Origin: Bugula neritina
Taxonomy: Eukaryota > Animalia > Bryozoa
Assembly: GCA_964035545.1 (NCBI GenBank)
Contig: OZ037769.1
Span: forward strand, 13,298,633-13,362,632
Reading direction: 5' to 3'
Length of the DNA stretch: 64,000 bases
In this document: one piece after another, positions 1 to 9,100 of the stretch
Layout: each line of letters starts with the position of its first letter
Numbering within the stretch: the stretch's first letter is position 1
Notes under the pieces: generated by a model
What the model saw: only the letters and a program-made list of their open reading frames with translations
Told to the model about the DNA's origin: nothing
Databases searched by the model: none
Translations under genes and position numbers: made by a program

Positions 1-134
1 TTTACAACTCCACAGCAAGGATAATCCGTCAAACTACTACTAGGTATTCTATCGATTGGAAATACACCGATGAAGTTCATCTTTTTCACCCACTCATCGT
101 TCTCAAGAATGGAATATATTTCTTTAGAATTCAT
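1..134 (-). CDS. Adenain-like cysteine (maturation) protease, N-terminal part only
   Basis: Manual translation from ATG at 134: MNSKEIYSILENDEWVKKMNFIGVFPIDRIPSSSLTDYPCCGVV; FxGVFPxDxxP resembles the Polinton/adenovirus protease N-terminus; ATG overlaps the capsid stop (TGATG); not in the ORF track. Confidence 0.75.
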   Translation of the reverse strand, partial: MNSKEIYSILENDEWVKKMNFIGVFPIDRIPSSSLTDYPCCGVV

Positions 135-1444
135 CACGCGTAGAAATTTGTAAGTACCGCTCTATTCTTATCAATTTTTATACCAGAGTCAAATTCGGAG
201 TAGACAATCACATTAACGGGTGTGTCAAGAGCCTGAGAAAACTTTAGCTCTAATCTTATTGTTCCTCGCTTCATCAAATGAAAGCAAGTGCTCAAATCTA
301 GGTCAGGAGTTAAATCAAAGGCCATTAGACTGTAACCTTTCTCGTATTCCTCTCTATCTATATCTATTCCGCCATTGTTGAACACCTTTCCCGTTGATTC
401 CAAGAGCGTAAAATAGTTTCTTAGAGTATTATGATTTGTGTAGTCTGAAACCAATGCCTTCTGAGGTACTTGTTTCCCGTCAACGACTAGGTTTGTATAT
501 TTTAAATGTTTGTGCTGAAAGTTGAAAGGATTCAAATTGTACGCGCCTTCGAATGCACCAGCGTTTACAATACCTATAACTATCCTCTTAGGCAGAATAC
601 CGTGAAATAAATTTTCTTCGTTCCAAGACAGTGAACCCAATGCGATATTGAATGACTTCATATCAACTCTTCTGATAGGATAAACGGCTGGTAATAGTTT
701 CTTGTCTAAATTTTCAATGTGCTTTAATTGTATTCCGCTATTGATTTTAACTTTTCGAAGGAAAAAAGATGCGTTTAGGATTTTTAGTTTGCAAGTAGAG
801 TTTTCACCAGCCATTAGCACTAAGCTGTTGTGATTCCTCACAAATTTTAATTTCATGTCTACTCCGTTTAAAATGAATCGCCTTTGAAAGAATATGTCAG
901 CGTGCGGTCTAACAATTAATTGCACAGTTTTACTCTGCCCCGTAATTCGCCTTCTAGCTTCCAAGCCTTCATTATCACCACCAATGTGATCCATTTTTCC
1001 GGGTGTATCCTTTGAGTAGAGTGACATTGATAGTTGTGACTTTTTAGCTTCATCGGAGTAACTTAGTAAAGTTTCTATAAGAGCTCTGTAGTGGTAGAGA
1101 TTAGAAGCGTTGGAAATAACTACATCATTTAGCATAATTTCTACTTGTTGAAATAATGTGTGACCCAAAAGGTTTATAGGAGCCGCATCACCTTGAGCAT
1201 CGAGATCCGTACCGTCAGCTTTTGTTATTTTCACCTCTAATAATAGATAGCTTGAACTGAGGTCAAGGTAGTTGTTCGAATCACCAGAGATTGAGAACTT
1301 TATAGGTCCCTCATCATTCAATGAGGTTGTGGGCATATGTTCTACGTGATATCCTTCTTCGATTGATGCTTGAGTAGGTAGTGTAGAAAATAAATCTAAT
1401 TCGGGTTTGCCAGCGAGGCAGCTATGTTCCATTATGAAACTCAT
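134..1444 (-). CDS. Polinton major capsid protein (double jelly-roll, hexon-like)
   Basis: 436 aa; ELDLFSTLPTQASIEEG N-terminus, LPKRIVIG..YNLNPFNFQH, AFDLTPD and GTIRLELKF motifs typical of Polinton MCP. Confidence 0.9.
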   Translation of the reverse strand: MSFIMEHSCLAGKPELDLFSTLPTQASIEEGYHVEHMPTTSLNDEGPIKFSISGDSNNYLDLSSSYLLLEVKITKADGTDLDAQGDAAPINLLGHTLFQQVEIMLNDVVISNASNLYHYRALIETLLSYSDEAKKSQLSMSLYSKDTPGKMDHIGGDNEGLEARRRITGQSKTVQLIVRPHADIFFQRRFILNGVDMKLKFVRNHNSLVLMAGENSTCKLKILNASFFLRKVKINSGIQLKHIENLDKKLLPAVYPIRRVDMKSFNIALGSLSWNEENLFHGILPKRIVIGIVNAGAFEGAYNLNPFNFQHKHLKYTNLVVDGKQVPQKALVSDYTNHNTLRNYFTLLESTGKVFNNGGIDIDREEYEKGYSLMAFDLTPDLDLSTCFHLMKRGTIRLELKFSQALDTPVNVIVYSEFDSGIKIDKNRAVLTNFYA

Positions 1445-1455
1445 AGTATAGTATT

Positions 1456-1887
1456 CTATGAAAAGATATCACGTTTAGTAACCCTACGTCTTTTCACCTT
1501 TGAAGACTTGGAAGAAGTAACTCTGTTAGTCTGACGCTTCCTTTTTTTATTTCGATTTCTGTTGGTGACGTATGTAATACCTTTAGTAATAACCTCTCCA
1601 GCCGCGCTGTTGACGTTATCTTTAATTGACTCTCTGAATGGTTTACCGGATAAACTATCTCTGGCAATGTTTAGACCAGTATTTATTGCTGTCTTTCCTA
1701 AACTTTTTACACCTTGTTTTACAACAGGCAATGCTGCTTTGAGTATGTTACCAAATATGCTCCCTAAACCGTATCCTGTTTGATATTTTTCTCCTGAAAA
1801 TATTGGAATCATTCCATTTCCTGATTGTTCATATAACTGTCTATAGCTATTTGATGCGGCATCACAATCGAATGGAATTATTCTCAT
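1456..1887 (-). CDS. Small basic virion core / membrane-lytic protein (adenovirus pVI-like)
   Basis: 143 aa; QxGxG candidate protease sites (QSGNG, QTGYG) followed by amphipathic GLGSIFGNILKAALPVVK; K/R-rich tail ending DIFS; lies between penton and MCP. Confidence 0.7.
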   Translation of the reverse strand: MRIIPFDCDAASNSYRQLYEQSGNGMIPIFSGEKYQTGYGLGSIFGNILKAALPVVKQGVKSLGKTAINTGLNIARDSLSGKPFRESIKDNVNSAAGEVITKGITYVTNRNRNKKRKRQTNRVTSSKSSKVKRRRVTKRDIFS

Positions 1888-2654
1888 ATTAGGTTTATAG
1901 GTTTAACTTTTCGAATATCTACCGTTACCACTGTACGTCCATGCGTGAATGGTACTCTTTCACCGTAATCCGTGTATATATAAATTGATACACTCGAAAC
2001 ATGCGTTTTATTTATTTTGCAGTACTGTACATTGTTAAAGTTAGTGGACTGCAACCTCCAATGACCATCCTCGACTCCTACAACTCTTAGTAGTTGAGCC
2101 TGAGTATCTCCAACAATACTAGATTCTGCTACATCTGTATACACCATCAGGTTAAATATTGTATGTAATCTTATTGGAGTATTGTACTTGACCAAAATTG
2201 TGCCATCGGTCATTGATTTTATCTCCATTTTTTCTTCCTGTACATTAAGTATTTTCTCAAGAGATGGTGAGTATGTGATGTCTATAGAGCAACCTCTAAC
2301 ATTTTCAGCAATGACATAAAAATTCTTATTGACATCGTTGTAATAGAAATTAAATTTTACTTTCAGATTTAAACACTGGTCATTTATTGCTTGATTGATA
2401 GATTGTATTAGCTTTTTATCTGATTTGTAGTAACCGTCATCTAGATGCACTGTTTCTTCAGCTTCATTTACTTTTAAGGTTATGCTGCACTGTTTCACAT
2501 TGAACCATGATTTATAAAATTGTATCTCACTCAATCCGATTTCGTAAGAGCCATCCGTAAAATCTAAACTTTGAGGCAATTGAACTGTGTATACTGAAAG
2601 ACTATTTTTTGGAAAATGCTTCAACGAAGCATTACTAGGTAAAACAACGCGCAT
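1884..2654 (-). CDS. Polinton minor capsid protein (penton)
   Basis: 256 aa; LPSNAS..FPKN..S.YTVQLP..L...YEIGLSEI N-terminus and VYTDV....IVGD..AQLLRVV motif. Confidence 0.85.
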   Translation of the reverse strand: MRVVLPSNASLKHFPKNSLSVYTVQLPQSLDFTDGSYEIGLSEIQFYKSWFNVKQCSITLKVNEAEETVHLDDGYYKSDKKLIQSINQAINDQCLNLKVKFNFYYNDVNKNFYVIAENVRGCSIDITYSPSLEKILNVQEEKMEIKSMTDGTILVKYNTPIRLHTIFNLMVYTDVAESSIVGDTQAQLLRVVGVEDGHWRLQSTNFNNVQYCKINKTHVSSVSIYIYTDYGERVPFTHGRTVVTVDIRKVKPINLI

Positions 2655-2687
2655 CTTTGTAAGAGTGACAACATATAAGTTTATTAT

Positions 2688-3815
2688 CTAATTCTTATAG
2701 TTAAAAATTACATCTCTTTTATCAACATACGAGTCAAAACTTGGCGGATATCCAGCCCACCTTACAAGAAATTGTTTTTTACCATTTACAGTACGCTGAC
2801 CAACAATTGACTCTATTTTATAGGTGTTGCTCTTGGTGTTTACTTTCTGTAATTCCGGTTCATACCATGTTCCTTCTAGCTGATCACCGCTGTCATCCGC
2901 GAGAGAATACACTGGAGGATTTGTAGTGTGGATTTTCGCTATGGTAAAGATTTCTTCGCTCCAAGAAGGAAGGTATCCTTTTTTAAATACTGTACTATAT
3001 TTCGATATTCTAACGAGATCTCCAACATTGTATTTTAGTTTGTTAGTTTGACCACTCTGACTATCTGTGTATAGTCTATGCCAAATTTCTTCTTGATTGT
3101 TAACTGTCACATCATTAGGTGTTGAGTTATGAGCCGAGTGTTTCGAGTTATTGTATGATGATATTAGATCATTGAGAATGTCAAGATATCTGTGACTGTT
3201 TTGATGAGTAAAATATTTAAACAATTTAGCCTTTAGTGTTCTTTGCAGTCTTTCAACCATGGATGCTTTAATTTCTTGATTGTTGGATGAAAAGTGGTTT
3301 ATGTTATATTCTTTCATTAATGCTTTAAATTGAGGGTTAAAGAATTCTTTGCCTCTATCTGATAAAATCATTTCTGGTGGAGTGTTGTTGTTTTCGTTTT
3401 CTATAATCTCCCTCATAGCTCTACTCACTTCTAAACCAGATTTAGTTTTGAGTGGTACACCGTAGGCTTTACGACTGAATGTGTCAATGCTTAATAGTAT
3501 ATACTTGAATCCATTATTTTCGGATGAAAACTGTTGGAGATCTGTTAAATCAATTTGCCACATGGCATTAATACCTGATACAATATACTTTCGTCTGGGA
3601 AAGTTTTTTCGCAAAGGTTTATGTAGGTTATAGCTGTCTGTTTTTTCAAGCCATATATCAATTGCACCCTTGCTTACTTTGCCTTTTAATGATTTGTATA
3701 ATTTTGCTTTACTACCAAATCCGGCTGGTTTAGAAATATTGAAATAGGTGTCTCGAATTAGTTTATCAGTATAACTGGAGTCTGGATTTTGCTTTTTTCG
3801 TTTTCGCCTTGCCAT
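2688..3815 (-). CDS. Retroviral-like (rve) DDE integrase with C-terminal chromodomain
   Basis: WQIDLTD / SDRGKEF / ASMVERLQRTLK give an intact D-D-E triad; YKIESIVGQR...FLVRWAGYPPSFDSYV chromodomain; probable ATG at 3815 (MARRKRKK), ORF track extends to 3923. Confidence 0.95.
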   Translation of the reverse strand: MARRKRKKQNPDSSYTDKLIRDTYFNISKPAGFGSKAKLYKSLKGKVSKGAIDIWLEKTDSYNLHKPLRKNFPRRKYIVSGINAMWQIDLTDLQQFSSENNGFKYILLSIDTFSRKAYGVPLKTKSGLEVSRAMREIIENENNNTPPEMILSDRGKEFFNPQFKALMKEYNINHFSSNNQEIKASMVERLQRTLKAKLFKYFTHQNSHRYLDILNDLISSYNNSKHSAHNSTPNDVTVNNQEEIWHRLYTDSQSGQTNKLKYNVGDLVRISKYSTVFKKGYLPSWSEEIFTIAKIHTTNPPVYSLADDSGDQLEGTWYEPELQKVNTKSNTYKIESIVGQRTVNGKKQFLVRWAGYPPSFDSYVDKRDVIFNYKN

Positions 3816-4491
3816 CGTATGGATCCCACTCGCCTGATGACAATTTACTAGACTCTCTTCTACTTTTAGATTTCTCTTCGATAACGTTTTGATTAATGAG
3901 TAGTTTGGGTACATTGTAATCAATTAATAGTTGTCTAAATTCTTTCCACCCTTCCAATGTTTTACCTTTCAGTTGACTATTAACCGCAAGATTTAATAGA
4001 TCAGATAAATTGCTTCCGCGTAGTTGGTTGCCGTTAATAGTTACCTGCCCCGCATCATTTACAGAAACTTTACCATCTTTTTTCAGTATATCCCAAAGTT
4101 GACTCGCCTTTGTTTTAAATCTTTGAGGGATAGCTAGTAATGGGTTATAAGATGTAAGACTTTCTGTTTCTTTTAGTTGTGGTTCACTATTCTTTGATAA
4201 AGTAGGCAACCTTGTGCTAGATATTTTCTTATAAGTAGTAGTTTTTAACTCTTGATAATTAGTCAACGCGTTGTTATAAACAGTTACTTTCTCATTTTCT
4301 GATAGCGTGTTGTCATTTAAGATTTCACTCATTAGCTTATCTACGGCAAATAGTTCTTTAGTAATCAAAGGTTTGTTTCTCTCGACTTGTTGATAATCAT
4401 TATTTTTGCTGACATCAGCATTTACAAATGAGTTGTGTTTTAGATCCGCGGCATCCACTAATAAGAATTTTCTAGCGCTTTGCGAATTCAT
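3766..4491 (-). CDS. Polinton conserved hypothetical protein
   Basis: 241 aa intact ORF with G.V.I.G..L.GSNLSDL...GWKEF..L...NVP motif that I recognise from animal Polintons; start overlaps the upstream stop (ATGA). Confidence 0.65.
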   Translation of the reverse strand: MNSQSARKFLLVDAADLKHNSFVNADVSKNNDYQQVERNKPLITKELFAVDKLMSEILNDNTLSENEKVTVYNNALTNYQELKTTTYKKISSTRLPTLSKNSEPQLKETESLTSYNPLLAIPQRFKTKASQLWDILKKDGKVSVNDAGQVTINGNQLRGSNLSDLLNLAVNSQLKGKTLEGWKEFRQLLIDYNVPKLLINQNVIEEKSKSRRESSKLSSGEWDPYDGKAKTKKAKSRLQLY

Positions 4492-4838
4492 CTTTTTCTA
4501 AAACCGCTGAATATTCCTTTCGCTAGTGGTGCTAGAACACTTCCTATTAGTGGTCCTAAAAGAGCCGAGAGAAACCCTCCTTTCTGTACCAGTGTTTTTT
4601 TAGTTTTCAGTGTACTCTTTTTATCAGCAATCTTTCTTAAAATATTTTTGTATTTACGTAAGTTGTTTTCTTCAGTAGGTGACAATGACACCTTGCCTTT
4701 TAATACGTTGTAGCAAATATCTGAGAAACAGTTCAACAGTTCACTACCCGCTGCGTTGATGATTGCTTTACAGTTGTGTTTGTCACATTCAGCTAAATAA
4801 CTTAGAGTCTTGGCGTGTTTTTTAATTCTAGCGGTCAT
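4488..4838 (-). CDS. Small core protein with adenovirus pX(mu)-like C-terminal peptide
   Basis: 116 aa; QKGG^FLSALLGPLIGSVL resembles the adenoviral pX GG^FLPALIP protease site plus hydrophobic peptide. Confidence 0.7.
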   Translation of the reverse strand: MTARIKKHAKTLSYLAECDKHNCKAIINAAGSELLNCFSDICYNVLKGKVSLSPTEENNLRKYKNILRKIADKKSTLKTKKTLVQKGGFLSALLGPLIGSVLAPLAKGIFSGFRKR

Positions 4839-4852
4839 GATTTATGTTAGCT

Positions 4853-5503
4853 TCAAGCTGCATTTCTTTGTAATGAAGTAGCGTTTCTGTTTGACAAATA
4901 GATATAGGTTTTCTCACCCGGAAATACACCTGTTCTAATGCGCAAATAGTCTTCTGTCTCTTGCCTGTAGTCTATAACCAAGTACCCAAAGGGGACAGAA
5001 GTGGCGTCTCGAAACGCTTCAACAACAAAATTACTCTGGTTTTTAGGAAACATTTGTCTTGCCAAATAGGATATCTGGTTCACGTCTCTAGGGTTTTTAA
5101 ATACAACAACATAAGAAGCGCTTCGAGACATTGTTCTCATGTGAGAGTTGTCTTGAAACAGATTCTGTGTTATAAATATTACGCTTATGTTGCGATGGTG
5201 ACTGTGCTTAGTAAATATGTTTTCAATATTCTGATCTATTTCACTCATTAAATCATCAAATATTATCAAGTTTTTTATATTTTTGTTTAATTCTTGTATA
5301 TCGATAACACCTTGATGAAACTCAACGTTGTTGTATGAACTAAACAGTGGCTGCCACTCACTATAACAATATATTATTTTTTCAGGTGGAGGTGATATCA
5401 TTGTATGACTGTTGGTAATCAATTTCCTTACCCACTGAGTTTTACCAGCCCTTGAAGGACCAGCTACAATCGCTGAAAATGTATGGTAGAAAGGTAAGCT
5501 CAT
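4853..5503 (-). CDS. A32/FtsK-HerA family genome-packaging ATPase
   Basis: Walker A GPSRAGKT, Walker B LIIFDD, HHRNISVIFITQ motif; probable start MSLPF at 5503 (ORF open to 5578). Confidence 0.93.
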   Translation of the reverse strand: MSLPFYHTFSAIVAGPSRAGKTQWVRKLITNSHTMISPPPEKIIYCYSEWQPLFSSYNNVEFHQGVIDIQELNKNIKNLIIFDDLMSEIDQNIENIFTKHSHHRNISVIFITQNLFQDNSHMRTMSRSASYVVVFKNPRDVNQISYLARQMFPKNQSNFVVEAFRDATSVPFGYLVIDYRQETEDYLRIRTGVFPGEKTYIYLSNRNATSLQRNAA

Positions 5504-5598
5504 GATGTTAACTGTATATTCCGAGAGTTTATTCCCAAATAATTGTATCAAGTAATGTACAAAAATATTAATAGGCATAAAAAAGTATAAATAGATTT

Positions 5599-5658
5599 AG
5601 GCAAGTTCAGGCATGTTTAGGCAAGTTCAGGCATGTTTAGGCATGTTTAGGCAAGTTT
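5599..5658. promoter_or_regulatory. Array of six abutting perfect p53-family half-sites (RRRCWWGYYY)
   Basis: AGGCAAGTTC AGGCATGTTT AGGCAAGTTC AGGCATGTTT AGGCATGTTT AGGCAAGTTT with zero spacer; TATA-like TATAAATA/TATTTATA at 5586-5593; 96 bp upstream of the ATPase ATG. Confidence 0.7.
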
Positions 5659-5690
5659 AGGCAAATATACACAATTATATACAAAATAAA

Positions 5691-6089
5691 CTATTGTACA
5701 TTGTTTTGTTTCTCGAGAGCTATTCCCAAGTTCCATTGGATCTGTTGAATAAAATATTTCACTGCGAAGTGTTCTCCAGCCTCGATATACATTTTGCAAA
5801 TTTGCACGCACAAGAAAAATATTGTTTCTAAGCGAATAGCTGAGATATTTGGATCAGTCAAATCTTTTGCCACTTTACAAAACTGAACGTAACCGTTAGT
5901 CTCGTACATATCCTCGGCTAGTTCGACCAATTCATTTATTTCTTCCTCACTCCAATTTTGATGTTTATTGTACATGTCCAAAACGGTTTGCGTTATACAA
6001 TAGTTAACGTAATGTTGTCTACTCATTTTCGAAAGCTTGTACCATATATAATTATAAGCGTTTTTCTGTAATAGGTATAAATTTTCCAT
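5691..6089 (-). CDS. Divergent viral Bcl-2-like protein
   Basis: 132 aa from ATG 6089; BH4-like YIWYKLSK (Bcl-2 YIHYKLSQ); BH1-region-like YVQFCKVAKDLTDPNISAIRLETIFFLCVQIC (Bcl-xL [32 protein letters not shown]); no BH2 or TM tail visible. Confidence 0.6.
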   Translation of the reverse strand: MENLYLLQKNAYNYIWYKLSKMSRQHYVNYCITQTVLDMYNKHQNWSEEEINELVELAEDMYETNGYVQFCKVAKDLTDPNISAIRLETIFFLCVQICKMYIEAGEHFAVKYFIQQIQWNLGIALEKQNNVQ

Positions 6090-6170
6090 CGTAGAATATT
6101 GATTGATGCGACCTATCAACCGAACAGTGAAATACCAATTAACTGAACGCGCTAACTGAACACAGTTTTT

Positions 6171-9100
6171 TTACAGTAAAGTAGGTTTGGTTGTCACGTG
6201 ATCTTGTGACACAATTCTCCTTCCGTAAAAATAATTTAAAGCTTTTCGATTTTGAACGTACGTGAATATTTCTTCACCTTTTACTCGAAAACCCTTGTTC
6301 GTACCGTAAGCAATTTTCTGATTTATCAATACATCGAAGTAATCTTTTTCGGTATAGTTGTTGTGCAATTTACTGACACCTTTTGAACTGTATTTAGGTT
6401 CTTCCCCGAAACAATAGTAACATTTGGAGCAAAGCGCTACAACACCTCGGGAGACATTTTCGCAGTGAAACAACCCCAAAGATCTTTTGTGGAACTTGGC
6501 ACTAGCTTTACAACAGTCTAATGGATTCCAGGTTTGCCCGTTAAACATACATTGAAAATATTGTGACTTGTGTTCATCGCAATATTCTCTACACATCCAA
6601 CTAGTGTGTTCTTGTTCAAATTCATTTCTCATATCACTTTTGACCGCTAGGTACAAAGTTTTTTCACTTAGAGCTAAATACATTGAGTCAGTGTCCATTT
6701 GAATCAAAGCAAAACTGTCTAGAGATAGAAACTTTAACAAGAAATCGTAATAGAATTTCAACATGGCTAGCTTTGCATACTCTAATACTTGAAAGCCAAT
6801 TTGTACTGGTACATTGAGTCTAATCTTAGCTTTTCGTGATTCAATTTCAACTAGTTGAGAATCAATTTCTTGTAAGCTGTTAAATCTAGGATTGTTTACC
6901 AGTCTTGAGATGTTTGTCTCTTCAGCATCACAATATATGATATCAGTGTGACTCTCCAGGTTGACTAGTGTTCGGCCATACGCAGAGTTTCCTGAAATAT
7001 AGCGAAGTGGATTATTTTGAAATATATTGAGTAATTATTCAATGCAAAAGTTATCGCTCTTGCTAGATGCTTAATTGATTTGCATATTAATAACCATTGA
7101 ATAAGTGTTATGTTTAAACATGTCAATATTTACTAAATACCTATTAGTTTGCATGAATCCGATATAATCTTCTTTGAGGAATCGAGGTCACCAGCTCTCC
7201 TAGCCTCCATTACCTTTTCACCAAACAGCTTGAAGCATTTTGATGGCTTGTATTGAATTACTTGATATACTTTTGTAACCACTAAGCCGTATTGTAGGTA
7301 CCATTGCAGTAGCGGGGTGGACAAAAGGATTTTGTTCCCGAAATAGCTACTGATTAAAGTACGTGATGGCTTTTTTAGTAAACCATTTCGTTCTGCAAAT
7401 TGTTTCATGTGTGGGCCTATGTCATCCCTTGATATCAGTACATTTTTTTGTATAGGTTGATATTCAGCAAATATTGTTTTCAAGTCTTCAGGTGTTTCTA
7501 TATCAACTTCAGCCATTCCAAACATTGAACCATTTTTGATTTCTTCTAGTATTTTGCTTTCTGATATTACGTATCTTGAATCAACAATGAAGTCCAGATT
7601 TGAGCAGAACTCACTGACATCACTGTTTTCCTTTTTCAAATTATCAAATTCACACTCCCAAGTATGGTAGACTCTGTAACCCAAATCTTGGAAATATTTC
7701 AGCGTATTGTATGTGTCTATTTGATTTTGTAAATCTTTTTTTTTGTTATTAAACTTTCCATTTGGACAATAGTCGCATAGATGTCCGTGAAACCAGCATC
7801 CTGAGTAGTTGAACACTAGTTCACTACCATCACTCGCCAGAGCGTATCCATCGACTGGTATGTTTCGTCCACCTATTCGACGTTCGGTGCTATTAAACTT
7901 GTGTTGAATTTTGACTCCGAGCAGCTTTGACATGTATTTTAGCCATACTGTAGCTTTTTCACCCGAATAGTAGCTTTTTTCTATTCTAAAGCTATTTTCT
8001 CTCCGCCTTCTTACAAAGGCTCCTGTGGGCATATCTTTCACTAGGCAACTCAAATATAAACTTGTTGCATCATACCCTACACATGTTTGTGTAGTTTTGG
8101 CTTGATCACCAAAGTATTCAGGTTTAATCTTTGTTGCGCCAGCTTCTTGATACCTTGAGAACACAATTGATAAACCACCTCTAATGTTTGATTTGATAAG
8201 TTGGTGAATGTCTTTAAACTTATCACCAAACAGAAAGATTGGCGCTTCTGGGTCTTTTAATTGAAATAAATATTGAATCGCTAGTCCTGGTATAGATATA
8301 GCTGACTTGAAATCAAGATTGCATGATTTGTAAAATTCATTTTGCTTTTCTAATGCTGGTATAAAGTGTCTGACATCTTCGTTATTGTAGTACTCTAGTA
8401 AGTCTTTTAATGTTTTCATTCCTTTCTGTACCCATATTTCTTTGCATTTTTCATACTCCTGAACGGATATGTTTTTACCTTTCAGTTTACTGTAAAACTC
8501 TTCATGAGCGGGGAACTCTGTTCTGTCTAGCACTTCCATAGATGTGAATATGTCATAAGGCCAGAAGAATTTTTCCCCTTCAACTCCCATAGCTTTTAGA
8601 TAATCAGAGTACGAAAACCCTGGAGCAAGGAAATTGAGCACGTCTAGAAATCTTAATTTTTCCGTTTGAATACACATGTATTTGTTTCCTTTTTTAGCTG
8701 TAAACAAAACTTTTTGGTTTTGTTCTAATAGATACCGTAGCATATGTTGTCGAATCAATGGAATGTCATAGACAGCGCCGTTGAAAGACAAGACCATCAA
8801 GTCTTTCAAATAACAGTGGAGTTGACTTTCTAGTGATTCAAACTTTTTTTTGACATTGTTCACTGCTTTGTTATTACAACTAGCTTCAATTTCTTTCTTG
8901 ATACACTCGTCAGCTTTTTCACGTAGTTGTTGAAACACATCATTGTATCTAACAAGCAATCTCTGGTAGCATACTTCAGACAGCTTTGTAAGGAAATCCA
9001 TCATTTTCACAACCAGCTCGTATTCGTTTCCAGAATTCATGAAATTCACTGGTTGTGTATAGCCAGATACGTTTGAGCATAAACTTATACAAGCCAACTT

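Noticed and set aside
1562-5251. Plus-strand ORFs 1562-1783, 2741-2926, 4480-4713, 4961-5251 (also 9755, 12201, 14417)
   Set aside because: Antisense shadows of real minus-strand viral genes, non-ATG starts, no motifs
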